Origin: Microcoleus sp.
Lineage (GTDB): Bacteria > Cyanobacteriota > Cyanobacteriia > Cyanobacteriales > Microcoleaceae
Length of the DNA: 64,000 bases
Assembly (NCBI GenBank): GCA_042408215.1
Contig: JAYFMW010000017.1
Coordinates: 192,001-256,000, forward strand
Direction of reading: 5' to 3'
Shown: in pieces, positions 60,467 to 64,000 of the stretch
How the letters are laid out: each line of letters begins with the position of its first letter
Numbering within the stretch: the first letter of the stretch is position 1
Made by a program: the position numbers and the translations under genes
Notes under the pieces: generated by a model
What the model was told of the DNA's origin: nothing
Seen by the model: the letters and a program-made list of their open reading frames with translations, nothing else
Database searches by the model: none

Positions 60467-61435
60467 ATGTGCGCTTATCGTAACCATCTTAAATCCAGTG
60501 ATGATATTGTAACAACCTATGAAGCCACTCGTGCGGGTTTTGTTGCACTTGCGATTGAAAAAAATCGACGTGCTACACCTTACGTCGCCGAAGCAAGGGC
60601 ACTTCAAGAAGCTGCTCGTCAAGCCGAGATTCCTACTGATTTGTTAAACGTTAAAGGTATTGAAATGGGATTGTTGACTGCGGCAGGATTGTCAGACAAA
60701 TCTCTTGCTCATTTGATGCCAAAGGATAAGATTGAAGCGATAAATGGTCTAATCAGGAATTTTCTTGAGCCAGCAGGGACAAATTTTGTGGAGGAATTGG
60801 TCTTTAGATTTCTACTGACTCGTGGTGATAGGCTTGGTGCTTCAATGCGTAATGTGGGCGGAGCATTAGCACAAAGAAAACTAACTCGTGCAATCCTCTC
60901 GACTCTCACAATTGCTGGTAAGAGATATTACTGGCAACACTCAAAGACGAAAAAGTGGATAGCCATGACAAATGATGACACAGAAATTGAGTTGTCTTTA
61001 CGTGGAATAAGTTGGGAGAGCGAGCTTGGTAATCGCACACTGATTTACAACCTAACTGTTCCGCTAGTCAAAAGTAATGTGGATTTGTGTTTATTTAATC
61101 TTGCTCCGACGGAGTTGGTAACTAATAAATCCAGCGCAATTGACCCATCTATCGTGGCACCCTATGTTATTGCATTGGGTGAACTTAAAGGTGGAATCGA
61201 TCCCGCAGGTGCAGATGAGCATTGGAAAACGGCACAAGCGGCACTAAATCGCATACGCGAAGCATTTTCCAGAGTTGGACATTCACCTCTGACTTTCTTT
61301 GTGGGTTCAGCAGTTGCAAGCAGGATGGCGGGTGAAATCTGGCATCAACTGGAAAACGGGACTCTCAGTAATGCTGCAAATCTGAATAAGGAGAATCAAG
61401 TTGCATCTATTTGTCGTTGGCTATGCAATCTATAA
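60467..61435 (+). CDS. AvaI/BsoBI-family type II restriction endonuclease
   Basis: [50 protein letters not shown]. Confidence 0.88.
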   Translation: MCAYRNHLKSSDDIVTTYEATRAGFVALAIEKNRRATPYVAEARALQEAARQAEIPTDLLNVKGIEMGLLTAAGLSDKSLAHLMPKDKIEAINGLIRNFLEPAGTNFVEELVFRFLLTRGDRLGASMRNVGGALAQRKLTRAILSTLTIAGKRYYWQHSKTKKWIAMTNDDTEIELSLRGISWESELGNRTLIYNLTVPLVKSNVDLCLFNLAPTELVTNKSSAIDPSIVAPYVIALGELKGGIDPAGADEHWKTAQAALNRIREAFSRVGHSPLTFFVGSAVASRMAGEIWHQLENGTLSNAANLNKENQVASICRWLCNL

Positions 61436-61614
61436 AAGCAACAACCGTTTTGACTCCGTGTCGGTTTTGCCATCCTTCCTCGCCCCCCTCTAGTGCCACA
61501 GCCATCTTCCCTGTGCCCAAAAGCCCTGATTTAACCAGCTTTTCCCCATCCAGCCAAACTTCTCGCTAAATTAAAGAAGTGTAAAAATTACTCAGGCCCT
61601 ACCAAGGAGATACC

Positions 61615-63255
61615 ATGTCCCGCGTCAGAGCACCAGAATTCCCAGCCAACTACCCCTGGTTAAACACCGACAAACCCCTATCCATCGCATCCCTCAAAGG
61701 CCGCGTTGTTCTCCTTGACTTTTGGACATACTGCTGCATCAACTGCTTGCACGTCCTCCCAGATTTAAAATACCTAGAACAAAAATACCCAGATTCCCTC
61801 ACGGTTATCGGCGTTCACTCGGCAAAATTTGATAACGAAAAAGAAGTTGAAAACATCCGCCAAGCTATCCTTCGCTACGATATCGAGCATCCGGTAATCG
61901 TAGACAGTGACATGACAATTTGGCAAAGTTATGCTGTTCGCGCTTGGCCGACTTTAATGGTGATTGATCCAGAAAGTTATGTCATCGGTTACGTTTCCGG
62001 CGAAGGCAATAGAGATGCACTTGATGAGTTAGTTGGCAAGTTAATTGCTGAACACAAAGAACAAGGTGCTGTGAAGTTTGAATCACTCAGTTTTAGCTTA
62101 GAAAAAGAGCGGAAACCTCTATCAACACCGCTAGCTTTTCCTGGTAAAGTGCTGGCATTTGCGATTACTGCAACTGAGGCGAAACATCTTCACCAACAGG
62201 TCGCTCTTTTGGGTGAAATGACGGAAAATACCGAATCTGTAGACGAAATTGTATTGCCAGGGCCTGCTAATTCGGTGCAACAAAACTTAGTCGGTTCTTG
62301 CTTGTTTATTGCCGATTCAGGACACAACCGCATAGTTGTTAGCTCTACTGAAGGAGAAGTTCTGCACGTTATTGGTACGGGGAAACCGGGTTTAACTGAC
62401 GGTGATTTTGCAGAGGCTGAGTTTTTTGCACCTCAAGGCATGAGTTTTGATGTAGACAGTCAAATTCTCTATGTTGCTGATACTGAAAATCATGCTCTGA
62501 GAAAGATTGACTTTGTAACTCAAAGGGTAGAAACTATTGCTGGTAATGGTGAACAAAGTCACGAAATTGTCCATGACAGCGGCAAGGGTTTAGAAACGAA
62601 ATTAAATTCGCCTTGGGATTTAGAAAGAGTTGGAGATAGACTTTTTATCGCAATGGCGGGCTCGCACCAAATTTGGGAAATGCATTTAGATACTGGAATT
62701 ATTGGGGTTTATGCGGGTAATGGCCGAGAATCCTGTGTTGATGGGAATCTGGCAGAATCTGCTTTTTCTCAACCCAGTGGCCTCGCTACGGATCGATCGG
62801 AGTTGTTTGTTGCTGATAGCGAGATTAGTTCGATTCGGGCGATCGGCATTGATGAAAACCCACAAGTGCGAACTGTCTGCGGTAGCGGCGAATTGTTTGG
62901 TTTTGGCGATCGAGATGGTCGCGCTGAGGAGGTAAGGTTGCAGCACTGTTTGGGTGTAGAATATGCTCAAAATTACCTTTGGGTTGCTGATACTTATAAT
63001 CACAAAATTAAGCGGATCGACCACCGGGGCGGTATGTCGAGAACTATGATTGGAGATGGCACTGCGGGTCATCTTGATGGTAAAGGTATCAATGCTCGCT
63101 TTTTTGAACCTTCAGGATTGAGTGCGATCGGATCTCATTTGTTTATTGCTGATACGAACAATCATGTAATTCGGCGAGTTGAGTTAGATACGCTGACAGT
63201 CACAACTTTGGATTTCCCCGGTTTGTGTGCTCCTGATGTTTGTATTCCTGATTGA
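61615..63255 (+). CDS. Thioredoxin-like plus NHL-repeat protein (NHLRC2-like)
   Basis: DFWTYCCINC, HSAKF, repeated ADxxNH NHL units. Confidence 0.92.
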   Translation: MSRVRAPEFPANYPWLNTDKPLSIASLKGRVVLLDFWTYCCINCLHVLPDLKYLEQKYPDSLTVIGVHSAKFDNEKEVENIRQAILRYDIEHPVIVDSDMTIWQSYAVRAWPTLMVIDPESYVIGYVSGEGNRDALDELVGKLIAEHKEQGAVKFESLSFSLEKERKPLSTPLAFPGKVLAFAITATEAKHLHQQVALLGEMTENTESVDEIVLPGPANSVQQNLVGSCLFIADSGHNRIVVSSTEGEVLHVIGTGKPGLTDGDFAEAEFFAPQGMSFDVDSQILYVADTENHALRKIDFVTQRVETIAGNGEQSHEIVHDSGKGLETKLNSPWDLERVGDRLFIAMAGSHQIWEMHLDTGIIGVYAGNGRESCVDGNLAESAFSQPSGLATDRSELFVADSEISSIRAIGIDENPQVRTVCGSGELFGFGDRDGRAEEVRLQHCLGVEYAQNYLWVADTYNHKIKRIDHRGGMSRTMIGDGTAGHLDGKGINARFFEPSGLSAIGSHLFIADTNNHVIRRVELDTLTVTTLDFPGLCAPDVCIPD

Positions 63256-63307
63256 GGCGATCGACTTTTTTGCTATTTGTCCTGTTCTTCACGATCGTGG
63301 CGAAAAC

Positions 63308-64000
63308 TTAAAATTCCGAAGAACTCAGCAGCAGCCTAATTTTTTCAGCATCGTTTAATTCGCCTACAATTCGCCGCACTGGTTTCGGCCAAACTTTAAT
63401 CAACGTAGGAGTTGCAGAAATTTGATCTGACTCCGCTTGTTCGGGATGTTTGAAAACATCTATCACTTTTAAAGTGTAGGGATGATTGAGGGATTGCTCT
63501 AATAACTGATGTACAGTCACGAGAGTGTGTTCAGTGTTGGGGTTGCTGCCGGAAACAAACAGCCGTAAAACGTACCCTTGAGTCTCAAGTGCGCCTACAC
63601 CGGATGCACTTGAGTGCAAGCTCTTGGTTGGCGGCGGCGACGACGGGAAGCGCGACGGGGGTGGAGTTGTCTCAGGAAACTGTTGAGTCGATCGAGATTG
63701 GGCGATCGGAAACTGTACAACTAAGTCGTGATTTTCCCAAAGTTGGGGGAATTGCTCGTAATAGGTAGCGATCGCCATCGGCTCGCACATTTCTTCACGG
63801 AGGAGGTGCCACACCAAGTCGCCCTTGTCAAAAACCGCATTCAGCAGCGTTTGATGGCGCAGCACGGGGGGGTAGGCTTCTGCTGAAACTCGCAACTGAC
63901 GATCGCGCGGATCGAGCCAGCAGTCAACGGTTGCCGTATAGCAAGGTATCAAAAAATGCGGCGGTTCCGACAAGCCCAGTATTTCCTGTAGGGCTACGCA
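63308..64000 (-). CDS. KaiB-domain protein, 5' truncated by window edge
   Basis: YVLRLFVSG, LKVIDVFKHPEQAE, ATPTLIK..PKPVRRIVG; frame is open to the window end. Confidence 0.85.
   Translation of the reverse strand, partial: CVALQEILGLSEPPHFLIPCYTATVDCWLDPRDRQLRVSAEAYPPVLRHQTLLNAVFDKGDLVWHLLREEMCEPMAIATYYEQFPQLWENHDLVVQFPIAQSRSTQQFPETTPPPSRFPSSPPPTKSLHSSASGVGALETQGYVLRLFVSGSNPNTEHTLVTVHQLLEQSLNHPYTLKVIDVFKHPEQAESDQISATPTLIKVWPKPVRRIVGELNDAEKIRLLLSSSEF

Overview
Chromosomal window from a filamentous cyanobacterium (Oscillatoriales/Microcoleus-like, judged from abundant HIP1 GCGATCGC sites, heptamer tandem repeats and psaAB). Housekeeping content: sigG plus anti-sigma, moaE, pyrB, an FHA kinase and PP2C, recJ, fibrillin, mraY, the ndhF3-(carbonic anhydrase)-ndhD3-cupA CO2-uptake cluster, psaA/psaB, arsM, a metal RND efflux system with a two-component pair, an NHL-thioredoxin and a KaiB-domain gene. 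Accessory content: the tail of a DUF3696-ATPase (Menshen-like) defence operon, one intact tnpB element plus five ORF-less IS200/IS605 derivatives that keep both ends and an omega-RNA-like scaffold, two ParDE pairs, a stack of repressor/divergent-promoter cassettes joined at HIP1 cores (39-41.7 kb), a nuclease-ParA plus ParB-like/HhH pair, and an AvaI/BsoBI-type R-M locus whose methylase has a nonsense codon. The most striking signal is at the 3' end of a kinase-GUN4 gene. A 69-nt G/T-rich, almost C-free segment is followed by a short palindrome and three TAA stops 7 nt apart covering all three frames, which suggests a frame-tolerant hypervariable cassette. All product calls come from recognising motifs by eye; no searches were run.
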